Part shown: piece after piece, positions 36,871-50,507 of the stretch
How positions within the stretch are numbered: position 1 is the first letter of the stretch
Layout of the letters: each line of letters starts with the position of its first letter
Assembly: GCF_006345805.1 (NCBI RefSeq)
Contig: NC_042997.1
Span: 71,796,001 to 71,860,000 of the forward strand
Origin: Octopus sinensis
Taxonomy: Eukaryota
Direction: 5' to 3'
Length of the DNA: 64,000 nucleotides
Position numbers and translations under genes: made by a program
Notes under the pieces: generated by a model
Seen by the model: only the letters and a program-made list of their open reading frames with translations
Databases searched by the model: none
What the model was told of the DNA's origin: nothing

Positions 36871-36996
36871 GCGGCTAACTAGCAGAATGGTTAGCACGCC
36901 GGGTATCGTTCGTCTTTACGTTCTGAGTTCAAGTGCTAACGAGGTCGACTTTGCCTTTTATCCATTCGGGGTCGGTGAAGTAAGTACCAGTCGAAT
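36871..36996 (+). mobile_element. SINE family 2, partial
   Basis: Homology to family 2. Confidence 0.7.
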
Positions 36997-37109
36997 ACTG
37001 TTTTCTTTTGATATCGGTCTCTGTAATATATCTGGTGTAATTATATTGATATTTTCTGCAATATGTACAGATTATAAAGACTTGAGATTTTGTTTACACC
37101 TTTCATGAA

Positions 37110-37400
37110 CATTTTAAAATAATTTCCAAAACAACCTATTGTAGATATTTCTATTTCTACTCTTCACACTTTGGTCATCTCTATTTCAAGTCACTTGTAT
37201 TTGGATAATTTCTCTATTTCTTTTAGAAATACATTATCTTCTGTTAGATCTAATATATCAATTAGAAGGTACATGCTTTCTAAGAGATCTTCGTCAAAAG
37301 TATGTGTTTGTTTAAGTTTGATCTTCCTATCATAGTGGATTTGTATATCACAGAGCATAGCGCCTTTTCTGGCATGTTTTTATGCTATTTCCTTTCCACT
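37110..37400 (-). mobile_element. Decayed R4/Dong-like LINE 3' fragment
   Basis: LLIDI.DLTEDNVFLKEIEKLSKYK.LEIE matches the RLE domain of the 59138-63181 element. Confidence 0.7.
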
Positions 37401-38898
37401 GGTATTTTCTAATGCTGGCACAACTTCCAGTCAAAATCACAAATTTGTCATTCCTGTAAATATATTCTTTCTTGGCTAAAAATAATCAGCCAGAAAGAAT
37501 ACTGTTCATAGTTTCTTTCCTACCCTCACGGATTCTGAAACTGCTTAGTGCCTTATTACATGTTATTCTACCTTTCTTGATCATTGATATACAATTGACA
37601 GAGAATGGTTGTAGGAGCGGCAAATTGATTAGCCTGGTTGTTCTGCTCTACGAGCTTTCTTGGTAGACGCAAACGTTCGCAGGTGAGTTAGCTGGGAAGT
37701 GGAGTAACGGTTAAGGAAGAATGCCGAAAGGAGGAAACATTTCTGCTATATACGATTGCTAAAGGCAGAGTTTAAGATTTTTGCCAAAATATCAAAGGCA
37801 ATATCAATTCCGACTAGACCTAAATACTACATGGTGTTCAGTTTTGCGTCTATTCGTTTCAAACACGAATTGTTTCTTACTTTAACACAATCTCACGTTC
37901 TTTGCGGAATCATCAACTCATCGACGGACTAAGACCGCTGGCCAGAGTTAAGTGTTTTGTACATGGCTAATACTTAGTAATGTTGAAAAGTTAGATTCAA
38001 CTAGTATTCCGATATCCTCACCATCTCAGCTATCTGTCGCTCTCAGCGCTTGAGTTAACACGAAACCTATAATTATGCACTAGTTCAGATACTGAAATTT
38101 GTCTCAACGTATCCCACTCCATTATACCCTTGGCCAACAACCCTCTTTTTTATACTTATTTATTTCCGTTACATATTTTACATGCATCGCTTCACATTTT
38201 CTTACTGATCCTTACAGCTGATGTGTTAGTCTTCCTTTGACATCTCTTATTTTCCCTGATTTGTGACTCTAAACCAAACAATTAACGCCCATACCAACAA
38301 TTTATTTCACAGAAGTGTTTAGTGAAGCATATCAATATGAATAGGAAATTCTGTGTCTCTATGTCTGCCTGTCTGTCCATCTGTTTATCTCTCTATTTAT
38401 CTGCCTATCAGTCTGCTTGTCTGTCTGACCTGAATATATAACCTATCACACAATTTTATTGTTTCCCAAAAGAAAGTCAGTTCCAATGAAATTTGCATAT
38501 ACTCCCAAAGGAGGCCTTCTTTGAACTTCTACTGGTGTTATCTGTTGAGTAAACATGAACAGGGAGTGGAGAGCTAACAGGCTGAGGAAGGACTGAGGAA
38601 CGTGTTTGATGTGAAATTTGAGGTTAAAACGAAGTGGAGATGATGTTAAGAGGAGAGATAGGTACTTTTACCGAAATTCTACAGAGAAAGAAACTAAGAA
38701 CAAGAGGATACTAGTGCATCATAATGGTTAACAATAATCCGCGCGATATGGCTCTACAGTGACTTTACTGTTGATTTACTGAGAGATCAGGACTTAAGAA
38801 AGTAAGCGATGTTGTTTCTAGGATCGTTTGAGAGAAATAGAAAAATATTTGGTTTCAGCAGAGAGATTTCTATTTTATTTTAGTGACTGCGTAGAATT

Positions 38899-38938
<40 letters not shown>

Positions 38939-38941
<3 letters not shown>

Positions 38942-39120
38942 CGGGAAGCTTTATGAAAATAAACAAAAGACGAAGGCAGGTGGAAAACAAACGAACAATT
39001 GTATTAGTATGGCGCTCAGGAAATATAAATAAAACAAGTCTTTAACGTTTCGAGCCTACGCTCTTCAACAGAAAGATACACAGAGAGAGAAAAACACAGA
39101 AGAAGGAGAGAAAAAAAATG
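38939..39120 (-). mobile_element. Hammerhead-bearing repeat (family A), copy 2
   Basis: Near-identical reverse complement of 26566-26745. Confidence 0.8.
39039..39076 (-). ncRNA. Minimal type I hammerhead, CUGUUGA core variant
   Basis: Identical motif to 26609-26646. Confidence 0.62.
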
Positions 39121-39249
39121 CGTGCAGTAGCTAACGAATCAACATGGCGATCTGATTTCGGCCAGAGGTCAAAGATCAAACATGAGACGCGAGAGCGAAA
39201 TAAGGGGAGATAATAGGGTTGATAAATGGGTTGAGGGACCAGCTAAAAG

Positions 39250-39312
39250 TGCGTGGGAGGGGTCTGGATGTGTGTATGTATAGGGTTGGTGTATGTATTA
39301 GTATGTATAAGG

Positions 39313-39343
<31 letters not shown>

Positions 39344-39570
39344 TATTAGTGCGTAAGATTGGTCTGGACGTGCGTATGTATGGGGTTGGTGTATGTATTA
39401 GTATGTATTAGTATGTATTAGTACGTATTGGTATGTATAGGTGTGTGTGTGTGTGTGTGAGAGAGTATAAGTGCGTATGCGGGGTCTGGACGTGTGTATG
39501 TATAGGGTTGGTGTAAGTATTAGTATGTACTGGTATGTATTAGTATGTATTAGTTGGTGTGTGTATTAGT
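39250..39570. repeat. Three imperfect tandem copies of a ~115 bp TG-rich unit
   Basis: Recurring ggtctgga.gtg.gtatgtat.gggttggtgta.gtattagtatg...(gt)n gagagagtat.agtgcgta. Confidence 0.8.
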
Positions 39571-39727
39571 ATGGAACATCATATGTGATGTGATGTGTAA
39601 AGTCATGTGGTGTAGTGAGGAGAAGAGGGGGAGGGGGAGAAGAGGGGGGAGAGAAGGCGAGGGGAGAAGAGGAGGAGGAGAAGGGGGAAGAGGAGAGGAT
39701 GGGGGAGAAGGAAGGGGAGGAGGGGGA

Positions 39728-39778
<51 letters not shown>

Positions 39779-39924
39779 AAATGGATAAATGAATTATCTT
39801 GTTACGGATTATTCAAAATTTAACCGATACCTGGGTAGCAAAAATCACAACAGAAAAAACACGGTTGAGGTTACGACCATGGGGTGTCGCAACCGTGCCT
39901 TAGCGCGGATAATTGAAGTTTTAT

Positions 39925-40277
39925 ATATTTAGGGAAGGGAAGAAATGGAGCTGAACGAAGATTCTACAAAATTCCTTTTTATTATTTTCTACACATGTTT
40001 CAAAGGCTGCAAATTTCCAAATTCGGATTGAATAAGGAGACCATTTTGCAGCTTTCTCTTCAGGAAAAACCAGGAATATAATTCTCCAAAACAAATGCGC
40101 AGCAAGCTATTCGAACAAAACGCTCCCTAGGAGCCCATTGTAAGGCACAAGAGAAAGCTGCAAAATGGTCTCCTTATTTAATCCGAATTTGGAAATTTGC
40201 AGCCTTTGAAACATATGTAGAAAATAATAAAAAGGAATTTTGTAGAATCTTCGTTCAGCTCCATTTCTTCCCTTCAC

Positions 40278-40283
<6 letters not shown>
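39925..40283. mobile_element. MITE with ~135 bp near-perfect terminal inverted repeats in a TA context
   Basis: 39925-40060 is the reverse complement of 40149-40283; ~88 bp spacer. Confidence 0.88.
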
Positions 40284-40362
<79 letters not shown>

Positions 40363-40377
40363 ATATATGTATGTGTT

Positions 40378-40585
40378 TGTGTGTCTGTGTCCCCCCCCCA
40401 GCATCGCTTGACATCCGATGCTGGTGTGCTTACGTCCCCGTAACTTAGCGGTTCGGTAAAAAGCGACCGATAGAATAAATGCTAGGCTTACGAAGAATAA
40501 GTCCTGGAGTAGATTTGCTCGACTAAGGGTGGTGCTCCAGCATGACCGCAGTCATATGACTGAAACAAGTAAAAGAGTAAAAGAA
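40378..40585 (+). mobile_element. SINE family 1, 3' half
   Basis: Family tail homology. Confidence 0.85.
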
Positions 40586-40710
40586 TATATATATATAAGT
40601 TACTCTGTTGCTAAGTATATATATATATATATAGATAGATATACGTATAGATGTGTGTGCGCGCGCGCGCGTGAGTGTATGCATATATGTATATACACAT
40701 CCGTCCATAC

Positions 40711-40749
<39 letters not shown>

Positions 40750-40899
40750 CATACATATATATATATATAGTGATTGCTTCATCTTTACATATTATTGCTG
40801 CCTGTCTGAGCCTCTCCGTTATCAATGGCATTTCTGGCCTTCTGTTTGTAACCTCTCAGATAACTATTGAATACCACTGCAGCTGTGCACTGTTTGAAG

Positions 40900-42400
40900 C
40901 ATAGGTGACAGACGATAGTTGTAACTTGCACGGGATTGATCAGGTCACTTTGTGAGATACGATATCAGTGGATCGCCATATGTTTCTTCAAACCCGCAAT
41001 CGACTTGCAAGCGTTTTCATAAATTGCACGCTCTAATCACTCGGCTTAGAAGGAAGGTCGTGTGATAGAGTTGACTTCTCATGGAACTTCAAATGGTTGT
41101 GCCCCAGCCTTAGAGAAGAGTACACAGTCACACATTGAGGTTGTCATGACAGCTCATCGGAAGCCAAAGCCTTTCGTACACAAGGCGATCATCTTTGAAA
41201 GTTTTTCAACCTTCACATATACGTTCAGTTCTTTCCAAAGCTAACTCTTCCCAGTAAGTCAGGTTGCCTTGTATGCTGTCTTTGTCCCTTTTTCGGATTG
41301 TGCTGAGGGCACTTTCCTGTGCACAGCTCATCGCAAAATAGTTGCTTTGGAATCTTATTATCTTCCATACGTACACCATGGTCTGTCCGATGCGTCTGAG
41401 TTGTTATGATGAGTAACTAGATGCTTGTGCTTTCTACCTTTACAAGGTTTTCTGTGTCAGTTGTTTTATTTTGATATTTGCTGTCGACTATGCGTCTCAA
41501 ACACTTTTGATTGAAGTACTCCATCATGTACTGTCCACGTTTCAGAAGAGTACACTAGAACCGCCTGATCTTGGTCATGCTGCTATTTTCCGAGTCTCTC
41601 TTTTGAAGTTTCCCAAATATTACAGATGGTTCCTAAATGCGCAGATGTATTTCTACATCTCCCAACAACATGATGCCCAGGTAAACAAAAATGTTACTAC
41701 ATACAATCTTGTATCGTATACTTACGTTTCGCCTGATGCAGGTGTGAACATTAAGATTCTTATTTTCGGCTTAATTCTAAGACCGTAAATAAATCGACAA
41801 GAAGATTCATAATGTGTTGTATGTCGTCAGCAGAGAAAGCTAGGAAATCAACATCAACTGCATAAAGGAGTTCCTTGATGAAAGATTCAAGTGTTTCCGA
41901 CTTGAAGTTGAGCTTTCCCAAATTCGATATTCGTACAGTAAGAGGACGCCCATATCACGGTCGTAGAAAGCAGGTGTAAGCAGAATAGAAAAGAAGGGGT
42001 GTGGGAGCAAGAATATCGCCTTCATTGTCAATCGGAACTTTGTAAGAAAATTTTCCATTAAAATATGACTTGAGCTTTCATGTCTAGGTGCAAATGCATA
42101 AACATACTGACAAAGAGTGGTGGGCATCCGATCTTTCCAAAGACTGTCTACAGTGTATCTCTTTCAACTGTATAAAAAGCTTTTATTGATTCAACAAAAA
42201 CTTCATATAAAGGTGCCTGGTGTTCAGTGCATTTCTCTTGTATCTGTCTAGCAGAGACTATCATGTTGATTTTGCCTCTACCTGCTCAGAAGCGACTTGG
42301 TAATTCAGGGATAATTATAGGATTGATAATTTCCTTCAGCCTGTTCAACAAAAGTCTAGTAAACACTTTACCCACAACTTCCAGGAGTGTGGTGGTATGA
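40900..42400 (-). mobile_element. Decayed RTE-like LINE RT region
   Basis: FIKELLYAVDVDFLAFSADDIQHIMN...MFTPASG, the same family as 24905-25830; many stops. Confidence 0.75.
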
Positions 42401-42532
42401 CAGATGGTCACCAATTCCTTTTTCTCCTTTTCCCTGAACAAAGACACTAAAATGCCATCAATCCCATCTTTTGAGATAGCGGTGGCAGTTCAGTTATTGC
42501 ATGTGTGTGTGTGTGTGTGTATGTGTGTGTGT

Positions 42533-42571
<39 letters not shown>

Positions 42572-43304
42572 ATGTACATGAATATACATCGTGTGTTCCT
42601 ACATTTGCATATACATGATGTGTATATACGTCTTTATATACGTGAGAATATATGTATACATATGAATAGATGATTGTATTATACGCCGGCATAACTTTAC
42701 ATTTTCAATTTTTTTATTATGTATTTTGCAGATTGATATTTCAAGCTACACGCTAAATGTTTTATCTTCCCGAATAAATTTAAATACCACCGTCGTCACA
42801 AATAAAGAAATTATTCTTATTTATATTGTTGTTGTTATTTCAGATATCTTTTTGTTGATGCTTTGTGTTTGTGAATGTGTGCGTTTGAGTGTAACATGGT
42901 TACGTACATTACCTCGCAAACTTCAAAATATATCTTTTTACATTTTATATTTATTCATTTACAAAAGCGATAAAAAAGAAATAGATAAATAATACACATT
43001 TTCATACGCACACAATGATCTAAATATATTCTGTTATTTAATGGAATTTGATTCAGCCAATTTTTTTTTTTTTGCTCGAAAGGTTAAAATATAACACGTT
43101 TGATTGCTGAAGTCTAATCTTACATCAAATAAAGCAAAACAAATGTGCCGATCCGTTAAATAGTAAAGGAATTACAGGTGATCTTTTATCTCATTTGTTT
43201 TCTTTCTTCCTTTTATTACAGTACTTATTATTTCTGTAGTTCAAAAAAGCCAAATTACATGTTTGTAGACGCATTTAACAACAAAGAATGGTGATGATGA
43301 TAAC

Positions 43305-43354
<50 letters not shown>

Positions 43355-43483
43355 CGACAACGATGACGACAACGATGACGACAACGGCACCGCGATTTTG
43401 GTGGTGGTAGTGGTTATATTGGAGGTCTTATTCACTCATCCCTGTACAAGAATAATAAATCATTGTTATTATTATTACATGCT

Positions 43484-43705
43484 GAGGCGGTGAACGAGTA
43501 GAATCGTTAGCACGCAGGACAAAATGTGTAGCAGCATTTCGTCAGTCTTTATGTTCTGAGCTCAAGCTCCGACGAGGTGGACCTTGCTTTTCAACCTGTC
43601 AGGGTCGATGAAATAAATACCAGTTGAGTACAGGGGTCGATATAATCGACTCACCCCCTCTCACAAGAGTTCAACCCTTGTCCCTATATAGTAGAAAGGA
43701 TTAAT
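43484..43705 (+). mobile_element. SINE family 2
   Basis: Homology to family 2. Confidence 0.8.
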
Positions 43706-43999
43706 ATTAGATAATGATAATTTACACAGGTGCAAAGCAACAAATGTTTGATTTTATAAAACGGCGAAGTCTGGTACCTAATTTTTCGAATATACAACTG
43801 ATGCGAACGAAAGTTAATTACAGCCCGACGTGAGCACGTATCATATAAAAGGAAATCTTAACCGTAGTTTCTGTTTTCTGTTAATCAGAAAATATATTTT
43901 TGAACATGGGTTCGGGAGTGCGCTGGTCATATGTTTCCCAAAAGCACTTACTACATAATTTCTCAATATAACTTTAAACATCTGTTGTTAGGGCATAGG

Positions 44000-45050
44000 T
44001 TTTAAGAAGAATTAAGTGACACGACACCCATGTCTATTCTGAGCCGCAACAATTGCACCTACAAGAAGAACCGAGTAAGTCGAATTGCTAAACACTAAGC
44101 CACTTCAACTCAGTATAGATTTCTGAATTTGGCAGTAACCGGTAACTAGCTGTGATCAAATAGTGACTGCTGCCTTGCTAGAGGAACCAGGAAGGTAAAA
44201 GCTATTAGACAACACCCAAACAGAGAAGGAATTTCTACCTTGCGGACTAGATTATGGACATCAAAGGCTAAGGTACCAGCTCAAACAGAAAGTGTTGCTC
44301 AAAAAGTTGCACCCTTAGTAGGCTATCAGCAAATTGACGATATGAATTCACAACGCAACAAAACTAAAGCTAGAGTCTCCGATTCGACACTCAATTTCTG
44401 AGTCACTTTTGATTCCCTATAAAATGAAGGAATGTTTCTCAATATTCACAAAAGTTGCAATCCTATATGCAGACAAAGATGGTACAGTCACGTTTGTGCA
44501 TTGTAATGTCTCCTTTACTGTCAGCACGTTTAGCGCTATACAACACCAGACTTGAATAACAGAAAGCCTACCAATCGAGAAGGGTTTGCTTATCATAGAA
44601 GAGGTTAAAAAATGCATAAACAGATTAAAACTATCCAGATTTTAGATAACATACATATTTTCCACACAGCTATTGTACTTCTGTAACTACATCTATAAAG
44701 TAAATAATCATCAACTATTCCACTTCTAAAGTAGAATAAATACCTCAGAATTATGGAAGAATTAAAATACAGTCACCTGTGATAAATCTGTAACTACGTC
44801 ATCTTGATAAGAATTTCCCTTCATTGTAATTACATCCTACGACGAAACCAAAACGACTTCCACAAAGCCAAATCAAAACAAACACAAATCCTTAGTTTTA
44901 GAAGAATCATAAAAGAACTCAGAATTTGCAAACAAAATTAATCACTCGTCTTCGTGGATTTCTCTAAGGCATATGTTAGTGTCAACAGATGGGCCTGTTG
45001 AACTACGATATCCCATGCGAAATTAGTAAAGCCATCACCATCATATAGGA
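44000..45050 (+). mobile_element. Highly decayed LINE (RTE-like) fragment
   Basis: FRRIIKELRICKQN*SLVFVDFSKAYVSVNR near 44895-44990, RT motif FVDFxKAYDSV. Confidence 0.55.
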
Positions 45051-46165
45051 AAAGTTATCAAGCTTTGTACAAAGTACAGACAGCCAAAACACTACACGCC
45101 CAGAGCACACACACCCATAATTGAACAACTATCCCCAATAAAATAACACTGCATATATTTTTACATAATGGTCACCCGATACTATATCACCAACAACTCA
45201 CATTCAACACATTTTCTTCCACCCATTCATATAACACGATTCATTCAACACATATCTAAACAAGCGGCACCATCAAAATATCATGACCTATACTCTCACA
45301 TACTCTTCACAATTACCAGCTGATAATAGAATACATAAACTCAAAAAAGCATAAACGAGACACAAACACCACCCACCAAAATAACACAGCTTCACATTGA
45401 TTGCACATCCCCCCCCCAAAAAAAACAACAAATAAGCGAAAAGCTAAAATAAAACTGTTAACAATAAGAAATCTCACAATTCCCCCACCGCCACCACCAC
45501 CAAAGTAAACATGATCTAGTATATAAACACAATTCTACATTCTAAATCTCCAAAAGACAATACGATAGGAAAACAGAGGTGTACCTCGTAGTGCAGTAGA
45601 AACCCCTATAAAATTACTTCAAGATAAAACAAAATATGCGGGATTCATATAAACCTCAAACCGTCTTCAAAATTAACAATGTTAGGCCACAATGTAACAA
45701 ATAATAAACTTGATATCATTTCCTGCAACAAAAATGACAATAGCGACGATCGTCACAGGTAATACCAAATGGATATAATGCCGTGAATCACTTGTCTTGG
45801 ATATCACAGTTAAGAAATGTGGCTGTTATCTTGTTTGTAATTGATACAACTGGAATGACACACAATCACTTCTGAAAATATTGCTATAGTGCCTATTAAG
45901 GATTTGTATCGGACCGTCCCAAAAAATCACTGTGCTAGGGAGCTATGTAAATATCGTTAACAGTATCTGTTGACTTTAAGCATTTTTATGCACGTTTCTC
46001 AGGCTTATATAATTCGTTTTTATTATAAGAGAAGAAGTTCTTCATACATTTCTTAAATCATAAATAATAAAGATTATAATAGTACTTTCTTTATTTCTCA
46101 CTGAATATTTCATTATTTAAGGAAGGAAATTACAGAGTGAAAAATATAAAATTTTAAAATTTCAA

Positions 46166-46574
46166 CAGGCGTGGCTGTGTGGTAAGAAGCTTGCTTTGCG
46201 CATTCACATGATTCCGGGTTCAGGCCCACAGCGTAGCACCTTGGGCAAGTGTCTTCTATTATAACCTCATGCCTACCAAAGCCCAGTGAGCGGATTTGGT
46301 AGACGGAAACTGAAAAAGCCCATGTGTGTGTGTGTGTGTGTGTGTGTGTTTCTGTGTGCCTTAATGTCTGCGTTTTCCCCCACTACCACTGCTTGACAAC
46401 CGGTGGTGGTGAGTTTACATCCTTGTAACGTAGAGGTTCGGCAAAAAAGAACGGTAGTATAAGTACCAGATTTTTTTAAATAAGCACTGAGGTGAATTCA
46501 TTCTTCAAGGTGGTTCCCCAGCATGGCCGCAGTCTAATGGCTAAACAGTCTAATGGCTAAAACAAGTAAAAAAA
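46166..46574 (+). mobile_element. SINE family 1, full length
   Basis: Head, core and tail recognisable. Confidence 0.85.
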
Positions 46575-46619
46575 TTTAATCTAATAAATACCACTACTCG
46601 TGCGCGCATACGTACGTAC

Positions 46620-47171
46620 ATGGTGGCTGCCCCCTCGTTATCGAGTATGACCATTGCACGAAGCTTAATCAATGTTGTTATCGTGCAATGCCTGTGCAAG
46701 AAGATATTTTTTTAAGTGAGGAAAGGCTGTGCACTGAGTCAATCCCACTCACTAAGCAACAGCAGCCATAATCCGAAAAGAAGAACAAGTCAACATCATC
46801 GGTAACCACTGAGCCGCAGGTTTTATGTCGGAGTTATCCTAGTTACCTGAGTTACCTTCTCCTAGAAGGATGCCCTGACAAAGGCTAGGAGTCCTTCACT
46901 CCCAATGGTTTAACTGCGCGATCGGGTATTCAATCCGATTATTTCTATGTCCCCGCGCATGATACAGCCTTAAGACATTTATTGGATGGCCGTTGGCTCT
47001 CAAGAGTTCCTCCGCCCTTTGACGGGTTTTGTTTTTCATCCCGCAGGGTGACCAATAAACACCCTCCTCACCAAGCGAGCTTGGTGGGGTTCTCGGTTTA
47101 GTCGCCGACGACCCGACAATGCAACAGGTAGTACTGGGTTACATGTTACCAGTAGCACTCGAAAGTGACCT
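46620..47171 (-). mobile_element. Non-coding RTE-related non-autonomous element, copy 2
   Basis: Homologous to 34538-35072, with an extra ~17-19 bp near 46720. Confidence 0.7.
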
Positions 47172-47782
47172 TACATACACGTACGTACACACATACATAC
47201 ATACATACATAAACTAATTTGAATGTGTTTCACTGGAACAGGCGTTTTAATATACTCCACTCTTATATTATAATATTCCAAATGTTGCGTCATTTTAATA
47301 TAAAACTCAATCATAACAAAACATGACAAAAAATTTGTAATCATCAATCGTTGTCCTCATAAAAATTACAACAGGTATATAGCCCATTGTTTGTATTATA
47401 GTGCATTGTTGTACCATTCAAAACATTTTATTCATTTTCTTTAGTCCCAAGTCAGACTGTTGGAATAGTTTACCAAATGTGGATATGTTATGAGATGTGA
47501 AGTCCAAATGGTCACTCACGTGAACTATTTAGAATTGTAATTAATTAAATTAATGAGATATAATAAGATTAAGGTACTATTATTTTTTGTTACTTTTCCC
47601 AACTGCTTTTTTTCATCACTGAATTTAATGATCCAATATCTAACATTTATAATATAAGGCTGTCTTGCTGAGAGTCGAGTAACTTTGAACGCCTATTCAG
47701 GTGCTGGATTTAATTAAGAGTCAAATAAAAGTAAATAATAGTTCATTGAATAGCTGTCTTCTTAGTCCTTATATTAAGATTA

Positions 47783-47828
<46 letters not shown>

Positions 47829-50040
47829 CACACGCACTCAGAAAATTTAAGCTGCCTTTACGAACATATGCAATTATGCATAAATATACCTTCATATATT
47901 CCTGCTTAAGACTGTATCCGTCGCTTCTCATAGTACTGGATCGTATTCTCTTCCAAACACAAATACATACACAAACGCACACACACACATACACACACAC
48001 TACTTAATTCGAGTTCAAAACTGCTATGTTACACGCGCCACTTACACACTCTTTCGAATGTTTGCTTAAATCCTTCTCCCTATTATCTCTTTACAGCCAA
48101 TCCCAAATTACTAATAACACACCCTAAAATAATGGAAGATAACAGAGCGTGAAAAAGAAAACAGAAAACAAAAAAAAAACAAACATTTCCGTTTGTGATG
48201 TTTCATTGCGCTTAGTAATTTCAGAAATAGGATTGTTTAATTTGGAATATAAATATGAAATCTATAAATAAAGTGCTACAAAGAATAACATCCCCAATCT
48301 GGCAGTGATCCTAAATATTACATATAATATAAAATTATAAATACATGCAAATACAACGTCTAATATAGAAAAGGACTATTAAAAGAAATCAAAATCTTAA
48401 AAAAAAAACCCTTCATTTTCAATGCTTCAGAGATTTCACTCCAGTATATATTTCTAAATGTTGATAGTTGAAAATCAAGTCAAGTCGATGGCTCTATATG
48501 ACATTTTTATAAGGTATCATAACAAGGGAAAATCCAATATATTTTTATACGCTTATTTCTATTTGCAGCATAGCAAATATCCCTTAAATTGAAAGGCTGA
48601 TGGCATGCTACCAACAGCTGTCGACAATATAATTAGTTTTGTAGTTTCCATGATAGTGTGTCTAATTGCGAAAAGTAAATTTTCACATATTTTTGTCACC
48701 ACTAAAATGATTTTGCCTCCTACAGAAATAGAAAAGAGAAAAAAGTTATGTTATACATTGACACGGCAAATATAGTACTACTTAAGATGAATTGTTACGT
48801 CAATTTTACGTTCTTAAATTGGAAGAATATTTCAAATATTTATATAAAATGTTCTTCCATTGACCTCCTTCAATATGATTGTTCAGCAAAATGTTGTTCA
48901 GTTTGTCCTAGTTACACTAACTGTGTTCGAACTTTCAAGTTTTTCGATTGGGGTTCTATTTTTTAGGTCTTAAATATCAAGACAGCATTACTACGATAAA
49001 TACTAGATGTCTATGATAAGACTAACCAAACGAGTCCACTACACAGTCTTTCTATCGGATAGAAGGCGCAGGCCAATCTCTTGCCAATAGCGCACTACCT
49101 TCATAAATAAACGATATATTTGATAACGTTATCATAAACAGACACCATACACGCGCGCACGTAATATATTAAACTATATTCTATACTTCCATCGTCAGTG
49201 AAAGGTTCTATGAGATTCTGTTTCTCATAAATACAGTTTTCTGTCAAGTAAATGATATATAGAATATATCCTCAATGCCCGTCGTTATTTTCATTTTATT
49301 CTATTTATTAATGCTTTTGCGAAATAGAATCTCCTTCGTTCCAGACCATTTTAAATAATTCTATTTGCTGAAGATCATTTTAAGGATGAAATAGTAGTTT
49401 TGTCCGAGTTATTTAGCAGGTGAATGATAGAAGTGTATACGTTACGGCTAGGATGTCATATATACGGTGAAGCAAAAACTTGATCAACTTATTTTATCAT
49501 TTTGATTACATTTTACTTGCTGGGTCCCAAGGAAAGCGGACATATAACCGAGCCTAGAGATAGATTATAGTTGAAAGAATCCAGGCCGGAGAGGATTTCA
49601 GCAGCACACATTGCGACAGGGCAATCTGGCAAAATATTCTCGATACAAAAGATGCGAGCCTAATGAAAGCCACAGTATTTGTGAAAGCAAATATGGTCAA
49701 AACATTTGCTAATATGAAGAGTGTCAACGTCGTTCTCTAAAAGTTGGAGTTTCGGTAATACTGAGAAGTTTATGAGTTTGTGCGACTATCTTGTTCAACT
49801 CTTATAATATCCAGTTCAGAAGATCAAGTGTAGACATGAAGATAGGCACCGCAAAGTGTTGTGTAGACGATATACTTGTAAACTGAAACGTCAGAAGGCC
49901 ATATCGTTTTCAACTTTCTTGAGGTATTCATTCTTTGTGCTCTCTTTATAAACGTGTCCATCATAGTTGACATTCTCATCATGAGAATACAAGATAGTTG
50001 TAGCATTTCCCTGGGAGTATATATGTATGGGTGTATGTAC

Positions 50041-50071
<31 letters not shown>

Positions 50072-50439
50072 CCTACATACACAAACACACACACACACAC
50101 AACACACTCACACACACACACAACACACACTCACACACACACACACACACACAACACATTCATTGCGGCTAAATTTGTTTTTAAGAGGCGACTTCCGAGT
50201 TACATTCCCCCTTTTCGGTACCGTGTATATTTATTAAAGTAGTTTTGACTTTAAGAGTCCCTTACAGCGTGAGGCATTTACGTGTAGTAATAGCCCTGAA
50301 TATAATGAATGTATATATATTTAAGGGTAATAATGATATATTTCGTATACATTTTTTCCCTTAACTGGTTTTTCACGTTAGCTACTTGTTAAATTCTTTT
50401 ATAGATTTTTATCCTTATATTTAATTGTATATATATATA

Positions 50440-50507
<68 letters not shown>

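Noticed and set aside
48613-48720. Possible first coding exon (ttctgtag|...METTKLIILSTAV), phase-compatible with the 35.7 kb candidate exon
   Set aside because: Weak donor (gtagca), unconvincing signal peptide and no homology support.
49065-49090. Paired CCAAT boxes as an ADAMTS promoter
   Set aside because: Short motifs are expected by chance and there is no TSS evidence.
49824-50010. Minus-strand acceptor followed by open frames (GNATTILYSHDE...; EMLQLSC...)
   Set aside because: Both frames terminate, no domain is recognisable and no partner exons were found.
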